A stretch of DNA of 64,000 bases from Polyangiales bacterium. GTDB lineage: Bacteria > Myxococcota_A > Polyangia > Polyangiales > Polyangiaceae. The stretch covers positions 416,001 through 480,000 of the forward strand of contig JBBRLQ010000001.1 in assembly GCA_038231275.1 (NCBI GenBank), written 5' to 3'. Under the pieces are notes generated by a model. That model did not search any database, had not been told where the DNA came from, and was given only the letters and a program-made list of their open reading frames with translations. Made by a program: the position numbers and the translations under genes. This document shows positions 52,750 through 62,447 of the stretch, piece by piece (within the stretch, counting starts at the first letter, position 1; each line of letters opens with the position of its first letter).

Positions 52750-53511
52750 ATGGCCGACCTCGGCGGTGCAGCGGCGACGGGCAAGCTCTCCGACAAGCCG
52801 GGGGCGTGGGTCGATCTCGGCCTCACATTGCCCATCTTCCTCGCGTACCACGTGGGCGTCGTCTTTCTCCGCGTCCAGAACGCGACGGACATCGTCACCG
52901 CGCCGCTCCTCAAGCTCGCCGAGGGGGATCGGACGGCGTACGTCGGCATCACCGCCGGCATCGGCCTCGCGTTCGCGACGGTCTTTTGGTTCGTCGGCCG
53001 CGGCCAGGCGCTGCGACCCCGAAAATTCCTGCAGATCGCGCTGGAGGGCGTCCTCTACGCGTTCCTGATGCGCTTCGCGGCGGGCTTCGTCGTCGAGAAG
53101 ATGTTCGCCGGTAACATCAAAGAGCAGGGCCCGCTCGTCGGCCTCGTCATGTCGCTCGGCGCGGGCTTCTACGAAGAGCTCGCCTTCCGCGTCATTCTCT
53201 TTGGTGCCGGTGCCAAGCTCCTCGTGTGGCTCGTCGCGCGCGAGAAGTACAACCCGTTCACCGTCGGTTCGCGGCCATCGTTCCGCGCGATGACGCTGAT
53301 GTTCGTCTGGGCCGCCGTCGCCGCCGCGCTCTTCAGCGGCGTGCACTACCTCGGTGCGTACGGCGACGCGTTCCAGCTCACGTCGTTCACGTTCCGGATG
53401 TTCCTCGGCCTCGCGCTCACGCTCATCTACACGACGCGCGGCTTCGCGGCGGCGGTCTGGACACACGCGCTCTACGACGTGTGGGTCCTCGTCCTGCCGC
53501 ACTCCTCGTGA
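52750..53511 (+). CDS. CPBP (CAAX/Abi) family intramembrane glutamic endopeptidase
   Basis: EELAFR, FSGVH, THALYD motifs. Confidence 0.88.
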   Translation: MADLGGAAATGKLSDKPGAWVDLGLTLPIFLAYHVGVVFLRVQNATDIVTAPLLKLAEGDRTAYVGITAGIGLAFATVFWFVGRGQALRPRKFLQIALEGVLYAFLMRFAAGFVVEKMFAGNIKEQGPLVGLVMSLGAGFYEELAFRVILFGAGAKLLVWLVAREKYNPFTVGSRPSFRAMTLMFVWAAVAAALFSGVHYLGAYGDAFQLTSFTFRMFLGLALTLIYTTRGFAAAVWTHALYDVWVLVLPHSS

Positions 53512-53524
53512 AGGCCGAGGTTGC

Positions 53525-54742
53525 TCAGCCGTTGGTCGCGCGCTCGCGTGAGAGCTGCAGCGCGAAGACCAGGGCCACCGCCATTCCCGCGGCGGCGACG
53601 ACGTACGGCGAGCGCGGGCCGACCTCTCCATAGAGCCATCCGCCCAGCGCAGGGCCGAACGTGCGCGCGAGGCTGGCCGCCGATTGGTTGGTGCCGAGCG
53701 TGTTGCCCTGCGCCGCCGGATCCGCGCGCTTCGAGACGTACGCCGACGTGCTCGGCTGCGTGAGGCCGTTCCCCACGGCGAGGAGCGCCATCGCGGCGAA
53801 GAGCGCCTTCACGCCGACCGACGGCGCCCACGCGATCCCCGCGAAGGCGATGGCCTGGAGCGAGACGCCGGTGACGATGAGCGGCACCTCGCCGAAGCGC
53901 TTCGACAGCGGCCGAATCATCCCGCCCTGCACGAGCGCCGCCATGACACCGACCCCCGCGAGCACGAGGCCGGTCTCGACGGGCGACATCTGGAAGACGT
54001 CCTTGTTGTAGAAGCGGAACGTCTGGTCGAGGTTCGTGAAGCTCAGCACGATCAGGAAATTCACGAGTACGCACAGTGCAACGCCCGGACGCGCGAACGC
54101 CTCGCGCGCGGCCCTCACGTCGAGCGGAACGAGGCGGCGCGCGCTGACGGTGCGCTTCTCTTTCGGCAGCGACTCGGGGAGGCCCACTTGGACCCAGACG
54201 AAGTTCACGACGCTGAGCGCCGCCGCCGCGAAGCACGCGAGGGGCCCGTGGCGGCCGTTGATCGTGATGTCGCTGAGCGCGCCGCCGATGCCGGGGCCCA
54301 GGATGAAGCCGAGGCCGAACGCCATCCCGATGAGCCCCATGCCGCGCGCGCGATCTTCGGGGGCCGTCACGTCGGCGATGTACGCGCTCGCCGTGCCGAG
54401 GTTCGCCGTCGCGATGCCGCTCCAGATGCGCGCGACGAAGAGCCACACGACGCTGTTCGACCACCCGAGCGCGATGCCGAGGCCGGCCATGCCGACGAAC
54501 GTAGCCGCCACCGACACGACGATGACCGGGCGCCGGCCGATGCGATCGGAGAGCCGTCCCCACACCGGCACGAAGAGGAACTGCATGAGCGAGTAGACGG
54601 CCGCGAGGAGCGTGCCGACGAAGGCGCTCGTGTGAAACCCGTCTCGCGCCTCTTCGGCCAAGAACGGCAGCACGAGGCCGAACCCGAGGAGGTCCAGGAA
54701 CACCGTGAGGAAGATGGCTCCGAGGGACGGCTTCTTGGTCAT
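53525..54742 (-). CDS. MFS transporter, TetA/DHA1-like
   Basis: DLLGFGLVLP, GRLSDRIGRRPV, AYIADVT. Confidence 0.92.
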   Translation of the reverse strand: MTKKPSLGAIFLTVFLDLLGFGLVLPFLAEEARDGFHTSAFVGTLLAAVYSLMQFLFVPVWGRLSDRIGRRPVIVVSVAATFVGMAGLGIALGWSNSVVWLFVARIWSGIATANLGTASAYIADVTAPEDRARGMGLIGMAFGLGFILGPGIGGALSDITINGRHGPLACFAAAALSVVNFVWVQVGLPESLPKEKRTVSARRLVPLDVRAAREAFARPGVALCVLVNFLIVLSFTNLDQTFRFYNKDVFQMSPVETGLVLAGVGVMAALVQGGMIRPLSKRFGEVPLIVTGVSLQAIAFAGIAWAPSVGVKALFAAMALLAVGNGLTQPSTSAYVSKRADPAAQGNTLGTNQSAASLARTFGPALGGWLYGEVGPRSPYVVAAAGMAVALVFALQLSRERATNG

Positions 54743-55515
54743 GAAGCGGAAGGACGAATACCACGGCCGACGCGTCTCGCGCGGACGAAGGCCTCACGGT
54801 TGCCCTTGGGCCCCTCGATGACGCAGTCGGCCTCGCCGACGATCTCGAAGCCGGCTTCGCGCACCTCGGCGACGGCGGCGCCGATCGCGGCGCGACGGAC
54901 CTCCTCGTCGCGGACGACGCCCTTTCCGCGCGTCGCTTCTTCGCGACCGACCTCGAACTGCGGCTTGATCAAGGCGACGAGCTCGCCGCCTTCCTTGGTG
55001 CAGCGGGCGACGGCCTCCATCAGCTTGCCGAGGCCGATGAACGATGCGTCGACCACCGTGAGATCGACCTCGCCGCCGAGCGCCGCGGGCTCGAGGGTTC
55101 GCGCGTTGGTGCGCTCCATCACGCCGACGCGAGGATCGACGCGCAGCTTGTGCGCGAGCTGTCCGTAGCCGACGTCGACCGCGAAGACGCGTGCCGCGCC
55201 GCGCTGGAGGAGGCAGTCGGTGAAGCCGCCGGTCGACGCGCCGAGGTCGAGGCACACCAGCTCGTCGACCTTCATCGCGAACGCGTCGAGGGCGCCCGCG
55301 AGCTTGACGCCGCCCCGCGAGACGTACGGGTGCGCTGCTCCTTTCACCTCGACGAGCGCGTCCTCGGGGACCGTGGCGCCCGCTTTGTCGACGCGCGCGT
55401 CGCCGACCCGGACGTTGCCCGCGAGGATCATCGCTTGTGCGCGCGCGCGCGTCTCCGCGAGTCCGCGCGTGACGAGGAGCTGATCGATGCGGACCTTGGG
55501 GACGCGCGCCGTCAC
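54739..55515 (-). CDS. tlyA: TlyA-family rRNA methyltransferase
   Basis: S4 domain; YVSRGGVKL, DLGASTGGFTD, DVGYGQL, KPQFE. Confidence 0.95.
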   Translation of the reverse strand: MTARVPKVRIDQLLVTRGLAETRARAQAMILAGNVRVGDARVDKAGATVPEDALVEVKGAAHPYVSRGGVKLAGALDAFAMKVDELVCLDLGASTGGFTDCLLQRGAARVFAVDVGYGQLAHKLRVDPRVGVMERTNARTLEPAALGGEVDLTVVDASFIGLGKLMEAVARCTKEGGELVALIKPQFEVGREEATRGKGVVRDEEVRRAAIGAAVAEVREAGFEIVGEADCVIEGPKGNREAFVRARRVGRGIRPSAS

Positions 55516-56378
55516 GGGACCTTCGCCTCCGGGTGCACCGCGCGCGCGAGCTGCGCGAGGCCCTCGCCGATGCGCGGACCGGGCCGCAGCACCGCCTCGT
55601 CCGTCAGCGCGACGACGCGCCCTTCTTTCACCGCGCGTAGCTCTCGCCAGCCGGGCGTCGCCGTTGTGATCCGTTCGGCGCCGTGGGCCTCCGCGATCGC
55701 CGCGTTGAGGACGACGTCCGGATCGAGGCGGAGCGCGGTCTCGATGCCGATCGTCGGATACCCCTTTCCGTCGACGATCACGTTGACGGCGCCGGCGTGG
55801 GCGAGCATCTCGTCGGGGAACGAGCGCGGCCCCGCGACGACGATCGGCTCGAGGCCGAAGACGAGCAGCGCCTTCTTGCGAGGCCGTCCTGCCGTCGCCG
55901 CCTCCACCGCCGCGATGCGCGCGTGCATGCGATCGACCAGCGCGCGCGCGCCCTCCGCGTGGGAGGTGCGATTGCCGAGGCCGAGGATCATCGCGTCGAT
56001 CTCCGCGAACGATTCGGTCTCCGGAAAGAACGTGGCGATGCCGCGCGCGCCGAGCGCGTCCACGACGCCGCTCCCCGACGGCCCGCGCGCGCCGGTGACC
56101 AGCGAAGGCTCGAGCGCGAGGATCGCTTCTTGGTTCGGATCCACGTACCCGCCGACCTGCGGCAGCGCGAGCGCCTCCGCCGGGTAGTCGCAGTACCGCG
56201 AGCGCCCCACCATCGCGCTGCCTGCGCCGATCGCGAAGAGCGCCTCGGTCGTCGACGGCGAGAGCGAGACCACGCGCGGCCGCGAGCTCGTACGCGCTCC
56301 TCCTTTGGGACAGCCGACGACAAGGAGACTCGCCGCCGTCGCGAGCAACGCGAGCGCGAGGATCGCGCGGCGGGTCAC
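55512..56378 (-). CDS. Helical-backbone metal/cobalamin-binding lipoprotein (BtuF-like)
   Basis: RVVSLSPSTTE, YCDYP, RPGPR. Confidence 0.88.
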   Translation of the reverse strand: MTRRAILALALLATAASLLVVGCPKGGARTSSRPRVVSLSPSTTEALFAIGAGSAMVGRSRYCDYPAEALALPQVGGYVDPNQEAILALEPSLVTGARGPSGSGVVDALGARGIATFFPETESFAEIDAMILGLGNRTSHAEGARALVDRMHARIAAVEAATAGRPRKKALLVFGLEPIVVAGPRSFPDEMLAHAGAVNVIVDGKGYPTIGIETALRLDPDVVLNAAIAEAHGAERITTATPGWRELRAVKEGRVVALTDEAVLRPGPRIGEGLAQLARAVHPEAKVP

Positions 56379-56821
56379 GTCGCGTCGGCGCGCACGGTCA
56401 TCACGGGGATGTGCGCATGGCGAACGACGTGCTCCGCGACGCTGCCGAGCAGGCCTCGCGCGATGCCCGTACGTCCGTGAGTTCCCATCACGATCAGCTC
56501 CGCGCCTAGGTGACGCGCGGCGCCGAGGATCTCGTCCCACACGATGCCCTCGCGCAGCTCCGTGTCGATGGGAACGCCGGAAGAGGCCTTCGCTTCCGCC
56601 AACCGCGCCAACGCGTCGCGCGCCGTCGTGCGCGCGCGACTGGACGGGTTCGGTCCGTCGTAGAACAGCTCCTGCGGGACGTTCCCCAGACGGAAGGGCT
56701 CGACGTGCAAGATCGTGATGCTCGCCTGCAGATTCTTCGCGAAGCGGATCGCCGTATCGAGCGCCGCCCCGCTGAAATGGTCGAAGTCCACGGGAACGAG
56801 AATCCTCTTGATGGGTTCCAT
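56375..56821 (-). CDS. Universal stress protein
   Basis: KRILVPVDF; LIVMGTHGRTG...GSVAEHVVR. Confidence 0.93.
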   Translation of the reverse strand: MEPIKRILVPVDFDHFSGAALDTAIRFAKNLQASITILHVEPFRLGNVPQELFYDGPNPSSRARTTARDALARLAEAKASSGVPIDTELREGIVWDEILGAARHLGAELIVMGTHGRTGIARGLLGSVAEHVVRHAHIPVMTVRADAT

Positions 56822-56872
56822 GCCAGCTCCAGTGCAAGCGCCGTGCGCGCCGACACGTGTCATACTCGACCC

Positions 56873-57538
56873 ATGCGCCTGCGCACACCCCACGTTTCGG
56901 CCCGGGTTCTTCTTCTGTCGCTCGCGCATGTGCTCGTGGTCGCGGCGTGCTCCGGCTCGACGACCACCATCGGCGGGGAGCCCCCTTCCGACGACGGCGG
57001 CTCGTCCGATGGAGGCGCGAACGGAGACGCGACGAGCAGCGGAAGCAGTGGGACGAGCGGGACCAGTGGGACCAGCGGGACCAGCGGGACCAGCGGGACG
57101 AGCGGGACCAGCGGGAGCGGGGACGCCTCGTCAGGCGGCCGCGTCGACGCGAAGATATCGATCACGCAGCTCTCCGAGGCCTGCCAGCCGCCGATCGCCA
57201 ACGATCCCGTCACGATGATCGGGACGCTCACGCTCACCAACGGTACGACCGCGACGGTGGGACCGGGCGCCGTCAGCGGAGGCGCGTTCCTCGATCAAGG
57301 CTCGGGCAAAGTCGTCGCCGGCTACAACTTCGACAAGAACGGTGTGCCGGCGATCCCCCCGGGCGGCAGCGCGGTCGTCAACCTCGTGAAGACCAGCGGC
57401 AGCCTGAACCCCGCCAACGGGTGCCAGGTCCTCTCGTGCGGCAAGCAGTACATCGTCGAGATCGCGGTCATCGGCACCGGCGTACCTTCCGGCACCAAGC
57501 TCCGGACCAACCCGATCACGGTGACCTGCACGAACTGA
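56873..57538 (+). CDS. Hypothetical lipoprotein with SGT-repeat linker
   Basis: VAAC lipobox; low-complexity linker followed by a beta-rich domain. Confidence 0.75.
   Translation: MRLRTPHVSARVLLLSLAHVLVVAACSGSTTTIGGEPPSDDGGSSDGGANGDATSSGSSGTSGTSGTSGTSGTSGTSGTSGSGDASSGGRVDAKISITQLSEACQPPIANDPVTMIGTLTLTNGTTATVGPGAVSGGAFLDQGSGKVVAGYNFDKNGVPAIPPGGSAVVNLVKTSGSLNPANGCQVLSCGKQYIVEIAVIGTGVPSGTKLRTNPITVTCTN
57047..57109 (+). repeat. 9-bp coding tandem repeat (AGYGGGACS x7; Ser-Gly-Thr)
   Basis: Seven consecutive units read directly from the DNA. Confidence 0.85.
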
Positions 57539-57572
57539 GTGGAGCGAAGCGCAGCCGAGCGAAACGCCCCTG
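57536..57572 (+). repeat. Dispersed hairpin repeat, short copy 6 (begins at stop codon)
   Basis: TGAGTGGAGCGAAGCGCAGCCGAGCGAAACGCCCCTG. Confidence 0.87.
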
Positions 57573-57576
57573 ACGC

Positions 57577-58266
57577 TCAGTTCGTGTGAACGCCGTTCAT
57601 CAGGTTCGGCAACGCGGGGCGCAGATCGAAGATCGTCTCCGGCTCGTCCGCGTCGAGCTCCGAGAAGACGCGCGCGAGGTTGTCGGGGTTCTCGCGCCAG
57701 ACATGCTCGGCGCGTCGACGAAGGCGCGCGAGGGCGGTCGTCCATTTGTGGAGGAGGCCGTCGCGCGCGTCGATCGCCCGCGCGTACTCTTTTTGTGCGG
57801 CCGCCGCTCGCCCGCTCGCCGTCGCGATGCCGCGCGCCGCGTCCGCGCACGCGCCGAGCGCCTTGCGAACCGTCGCGGGCATCTTCACCTTCTTGAGGCG
57901 GAGCACGATTCGCTGCACCTCGGCGGCAGCGCGGACCGGCTCGAGGGCGACGATCTGCGACGGGCGCATCGGCGAGACACCGGCGAACGCGTCCTTCTCC
58001 GGACCCAGCCCCGCCGCAGCCATTCGCTTGCCGAGCGTGAGCACCGCGCGCTCGAGCGAGCCGTCCGCGCGTCCCACCGCGGACAGCGCGGCGTCGCGTC
58101 GCTCGCGCGCGAGGTGCGCGCGTCGAGTTGCCGTCGCGAGACCTCCTTGCGCAGACTTGAACGCGCGCACGTGACGCGTCAGCTCCGGCGGAACGTATGT
58201 CTCCTCGAGCCGCTCGAGGATGACCTCGCCCCACGCTCTCTGCCGAAGGAGGGTCCGCCGCGCCAT
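57577..58266 (-). CDS. Hypothetical helical protein
   Basis: ORF with typical codon usage downstream of the sigma54 regulator. Confidence 0.6.
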   Translation of the reverse strand: MARRTLLRQRAWGEVILERLEETYVPPELTRHVRAFKSAQGGLATATRRAHLARERRDAALSAVGRADGSLERAVLTLGKRMAAAGLGPEKDAFAGVSPMRPSQIVALEPVRAAAEVQRIVLRLKKVKMPATVRKALGACADAARGIATASGRAAAAQKEYARAIDARDGLLHKWTTALARLRRRAEHVWRENPDNLARVFSELDADEPETIFDLRPALPNLMNGVHTN

Positions 58267-58311
58267 CGCACGGGGATCTTTCCCAAAATGCCGCGCGCGA
58301 CGCAAGCGCCT

Positions 58312-59682
58312 TCAGCGCTCGATGAGGCCGTACTTGTGGAGCTTCTCGATGAGCGCCGGTCGCGACACGCCGAGCCGCCGCGCCGTCTCGCTCTGGTTCT
58401 TGGTCGCCGCCTCGAACTCGGCGGCGATGATGCTGCGCTCGAAGCCCTCGACACGCCCGCGTAGCGGGTGGCTGGGGCCCGGATCGCCGATCGCGTTCGA
58501 GAGCCGCTGGCCGGAGCCTTTGTCGCGCGGGTCTTCGAGCGATCGCCAAAGCGCGAGCGTGAGGCGATCGTCCGGCGCGAGCGCGAGGAGGCGCGCGATC
58601 GTGTTCTCGAGCTCCCGCACGTTGCCGGGCCACTGGTGTACGCGGAACGCCTCGACCAGCGCCGGCTCCACGTCGACCTGCCCCATCCCGTACCGATCGG
58701 CGTACGAGCGCACGAAGGTGGCGACGAGCGGGTCGATGTCCTCGACGCGCTCGCGCAGCGGAGGGACACGGATCGGGACGACGTTGAGGCGGTAGAACAA
58801 GTCCTCGCGGAAGCGCCCGGCCTTGGCCTCGGCGGCGAGATCGCGGTTGGTCGCGGCGACGAGGCGGACGTCGACCTTTTCGGTGCGTCCGCCGACCGGC
58901 TGCACCTCGCCCGACTGGAGTGCGCGGAGAATCTTGGCCTGCATCGCCAGCGGCAGCTCGCCGATCTCGTCGATGAAGAGGGTGCCGTGCTCGGCTTGAT
59001 GGAAGTAGCCGACGCGCGCGTTGACGGCGCCGGTGAACGCGCCCTTCGTGTGGCCGAAGAGCTCCGCCTCGGCGAGCTCGCTCGGGATCGCGGCGGCGTT
59101 GAAGCGAATGAACGGCTTGTCGGCGCGCCGCGAGTGCGCGTGAAGTGCCGTCGCCATCACGTCCTTGCCGGCGCCGCTCTCGCCGGTGAGGAGCACTGTC
59201 ACGTCCTTGGGCGCGACGCGCGCGACCATGTCGAGCACGCGCTGCATCGCCGGGCTGCGCGTCGCGATGGCGCGGCCCAGCGCGTTCTCCGTCCGTAAAC
59301 GTGCATTCTGCAACCGCAGCTCGCGCGTCTCGATCGCGCGCTTCACGGCGAGGACGAGCTCGTCGGGATCGAAGGGCTTGGGGATGTAGTCCCACGCGCC
59401 CGCCTTCATCGCCGCCACCGCCACGCGCTCGGAGCCGTGCGCCGTGAGCATGAGCACCGGCACGCCCGGATCGAGCGCGCGCATCTGCTCGAGCACCTTC
59501 ATCCCGTCGACGTCGGGCATCGCGAGATCGGTCACGACGACGTCTGCGCCGCGCGCCTCGAACGCCGCGACGCCCTTCGCGCCGCCGTCCTGCACTTCGA
59601 CCGTGAGCCCGCCATCGCTGAGCACGGCCTCCAGCGTGTACCGGAGCGACGCGTCGTCATCGATGACGAGGACTCGACTCAT
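58312..59682 (-). CDS. NtrC-family sigma54-dependent response regulator
   Basis: Receiver (VIDDD, TDLAMP, KPF); GESGAGKD; GAFTGA; WPGNVREL; C-terminal HTH. Confidence 0.96.
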   Translation of the reverse strand: MSRVLVIDDDASLRYTLEAVLSDGGLTVEVQDGGAKGVAAFEARGADVVVTDLAMPDVDGMKVLEQMRALDPGVPVLMLTAHGSERVAVAAMKAGAWDYIPKPFDPDELVLAVKRAIETRELRLQNARLRTENALGRAIATRSPAMQRVLDMVARVAPKDVTVLLTGESGAGKDVMATALHAHSRRADKPFIRFNAAAIPSELAEAELFGHTKGAFTGAVNARVGYFHQAEHGTLFIDEIGELPLAMQAKILRALQSGEVQPVGGRTEKVDVRLVAATNRDLAAEAKAGRFREDLFYRLNVVPIRVPPLRERVEDIDPLVATFVRSYADRYGMGQVDVEPALVEAFRVHQWPGNVRELENTIARLLALAPDDRLTLALWRSLEDPRDKGSGQRLSNAIGDPGPSHPLRGRVEGFERSIIAAEFEAATKNQSETARRLGVSRPALIEKLHKYGLIER

Positions 59683-59689
59683 GGTCGTC

Positions 59690-61117
59690 TCACGACGCGG
59701 CGGGCGTCTCGGGCAGCTTGGTCGCCGCCGTGGCCGGAGCCGCGCCGACCTCGGGCTCGGACTCGTCGCGACACGGGTTGGGCAGGCGCTTGGCGGCCTT
59801 CGCCTTGAGGGCGCACACCGGCAGCTCGATCCGCGCGACGGTGCCCTGGCCGACGTGGCTCTCGTACTCGAGCTTGCCGCCATGCTGCTCGATGAGGCCG
59901 CGCGCGACGGCGATGCCGAGGCCGGAGCCTCCTTTGCGCGTCGTGTAGTACGGCTTGCGGATGCGATCGAGCACCTCGGTCGACATGCCGGCGCCGCGAT
60001 CGCTCACTTTGATGCACGCGCCCCAGCCGCACGACTTGGCGATCTCGACGGTCACGGTCTCGCCGGTCGGCGACGCCTGCATCGCGTTCAAGACGAGGTT
60101 GAGGAGCGCCTGACGGAGCTTGCGGTTGTCGGCGTTGAGGACGAACTCCTCGTTGCCGGTGACGGCGAGCGTGACGCCGAGCTCGGTCGCGCGCGTCTCG
60201 AGGAGCACCGACAGCTCGCGCGCGATCTCGAAGGGGCGCGTCGGGCCGAGGTTCAGCTCGTCGAGGCCGCGCGAGAACGAGAGGAAGCCGTCGACGATAG
60301 ACTGCAACCGATCGGTCTCGGCCGCGACGATCGAGAGCCGCTCCGCCGTCTTCGGATCGGTCGCCTGGCGCGCCATCAGCGTCGACAGGCCCTTGATCGC
60401 GGCGAGCGGGTTCTTCACCTCGTGCGCGAGGCGCGCCGCGATGCCCTCGAGCGCGCGCGTTCGGTCCTCGGTGTCGGTGCACGCTTCTTCGCGACGGGTG
60501 GCGAGCTCCAGCGCGACGCGCTCGTAGAGGAACGAGATGCGGCGGCCTGCCGAATAGATCGACTTGCCGACGAACGCGACGCTCATGGCCGCCAGGAACA
60601 CGAACTCCGGCGTCGGCAGCGGGCCGGTCGGGACGAGCGGCGGCGCGAGCTCACCGAGGAAGGTGCGCGACGCGATCGCGAAGATCGTCAGACCGCCGAC
60701 CATCGTGAAGAGGATGATGCGCCGCGCGCGCTGCGAGATCGGCGTGAGCGTCGCGCCCACGATGATCGGCATCCCGGTGATCAGCATCGGGCTGGCGAAG
60801 CCGCCGGTGTTGCCGATCGAGACGAGGAAGAGCAGCGTCCCGATCATCATCCCGCTCGGGGCCGAGCACGCACGCCGCGGGCTCCGGACTTGCTGAACGA
60901 GCAGGCCGATCGAGATGAGCACGGCGGCGCTCTGTACGAGCGCGCGGCCCGGCGGCGCGCCGCGGAGAATGAGGACGAGCAGCGTCGCGACGTTGAACGG
61001 GACGATGCCCCACATCTTCCAGCGCGCGACGGCCTGGGCCATCTCGTCGAACATCTGCGTCCGCAACGCTTCGAAGCGCGCGCGATGACGGAGGTCGGCG
61101 TGGGGGACGGGGCTCAT
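59690..61117 (-). CDS. Membrane sensor histidine kinase (start uncertain)
   Basis: TM helices; AHEVKNPL H-box; NLVLNA; DRGAG; GSGLG. Confidence 0.93.
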   Translation of the reverse strand: MSPVPHADLRHRARFEALRTQMFDEMAQAVARWKMWGIVPFNVATLLVLILRGAPPGRALVQSAAVLISIGLLVQQVRSPRRACSAPSGMMIGTLLFLVSIGNTGGFASPMLITGMPIIVGATLTPISQRARRIILFTMVGGLTIFAIASRTFLGELAPPLVPTGPLPTPEFVFLAAMSVAFVGKSIYSAGRRISFLYERVALELATRREEACTDTEDRTRALEGIAARLAHEVKNPLAAIKGLSTLMARQATDPKTAERLSIVAAETDRLQSIVDGFLSFSRGLDELNLGPTRPFEIARELSVLLETRATELGVTLAVTGNEEFVLNADNRKLRQALLNLVLNAMQASPTGETVTVEIAKSCGWGACIKVSDRGAGMSTEVLDRIRKPYYTTRKGGSGLGIAVARGLIEQHGGKLEYESHVGQGTVARIELPVCALKAKAAKRLPNPCRDESEPEVGAAPATAATKLPETPAAS

Positions 61118-61181
61118 CTCTGGGTTCGATGACGGAGCAAGGTCCATGCGCGCGCGGGAGACGCGAAACCGCATGGATTTC

Positions 61182-62327
61182 TTAACAATAGCCTGTCTTC
61201 TTTCCGACAGCCCGTCGGAATTGCGTCCGCTTTCGTGTGCAATTCCAGCGCCGCAGACACCACAGGAGCATGCCGAGCGCGAAGGGTTGATACGGAACAG
61301 ATGAATAGCGCACGACGGCGCAGCCGTGCGTGGACGGCGTGCTCGGTGAGGTGTTCGCGTCCGGAGCGGCGTCGGCGGCGCCCGCGTCGGCCGGAAGCGT
61401 CGTCCACGCCGGGCTCGGATACGCGCCGCGTTGCGCCGCTTCCACACCGACGCCGGCGATGAACGAACGCCACCCGTCGAAGCGCGTGTAGACGCCGCCA
61501 ATGCAACTCTTGCCGTCGACGCTCACGCCGCCCCGCGAGAGCGCGCCGAGGACGACGAAGCTCCCCGCCGTGAACGCCGCTTGCTCGAACGCGCCGCCGC
61601 CGCTGTCGCCGTCGCACGTCGCATCGCCCACCAGAAACTCTCCGGCGCTCCCTGCGAACGCGAGCTTCGGATCGCAATCGATCGCCGTGTCGCCGGGGAT
61701 GCATTGGATGGCGACGCCGGTGCGGATGTGCCGTGTGCCTTCTGTGTTCGTCCCCGGCTGCGTGATGCCGTAGCCGATCGCCGTCTCCGCGAGGCTCGGG
61801 TAATGCGCGCGATCGGTGAGCGGGTAGGCGATGGCGGGGGTGGCGGGCGTCGCCTCGGTGCTCGCGACCGTGTCCTGAAGGATGAGGAGCGCGAGGTCGG
61901 CGCCGCAGAGTGACGTCGTCTCTGGCGTTCGGATCGCCGCGACGCGGTGCCAGCCGGTGGTGGCCTGGTAGAGATCCTTGCTCGTCGTCACGTAGTACTG
62001 GTCCGCGGACGTGTAGCGATGGCCGCTCCACGTCGCCGTCGCGCAATCGGTTTGCGACGTCGAGTCGTCCACGCAGTGTCGCGCGGTCACGACCAGGTTC
62101 GGCGCGATGAGCGTGCCGGAGCAAACGAGCTGGCACTGCCCGGGTCCCGCCGCGACCCCGCAGACGCCGACCGCGAAGGGATGCGCGGCGTCGACGTCTC
62201 CTCCTTGAATCGCGCTGGCAGCGCTTCCGACGCGCTCGTCGATCGGGTCACCGCGCCCGCAGCCGGGGATCGTCGCCGCGCCAAAAATCGCAGCGATCGC
62301 CAACGCGGCCGTGACCCCTCGTCGCAT
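61182..62327 (-). CDS. Secreted trypsin-like S1 serine protease with MYXO-CTERM-like tail
   Basis: CSGTL...TARHC, DLALL, GDSGG; C-terminal HGC...hydrophobic...LRR. Confidence 0.88.
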   Translation of the reverse strand: MRRGVTAALAIAAIFGAATIPGCGRGDPIDERVGSAASAIQGGDVDAAHPFAVGVCGVAAGPGQCQLVCSGTLIAPNLVVTARHCVDDSTSQTDCATATWSGHRYTSADQYYVTTSKDLYQATTGWHRVAAIRTPETTSLCGADLALLILQDTVASTEATPATPAIAYPLTDRAHYPSLAETAIGYGITQPGTNTEGTRHIRTGVAIQCIPGDTAIDCDPKLAFAGSAGEFLVGDATCDGDSGGGAFEQAAFTAGSFVVLGALSRGGVSVDGKSCIGGVYTRFDGWRSFIAGVGVEAAQRGAYPSPAWTTLPADAGAADAAPDANTSPSTPSTHGCAVVRYSSVPYQPFALGMLLWCLRRWNCTRKRTQFRRAVGKKTGYC

Positions 62328-62447
62328 CCTCCACCTCACTCTAGCCGAATTCGATCCGAGGTCCCGTGACGCCCCGACGGTGAGGAACTTGGCCCCACCC
62401 GCGGCGCTGTGGCTTTTGTCGACCCTGGGAAACCGGAGGCGATCATC

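Noticed and set aside
53525-55515. TetA-like MFS and TlyA as resistance or haemolysin island
   Set aside because: Both are common housekeeping families with normal composition and no mobility genes nearby
56833-56848. Sigma54-like GCGCACGGCGCTTGCA upstream of the usp gene
   Set aside because: Lacks the invariant GG at -24
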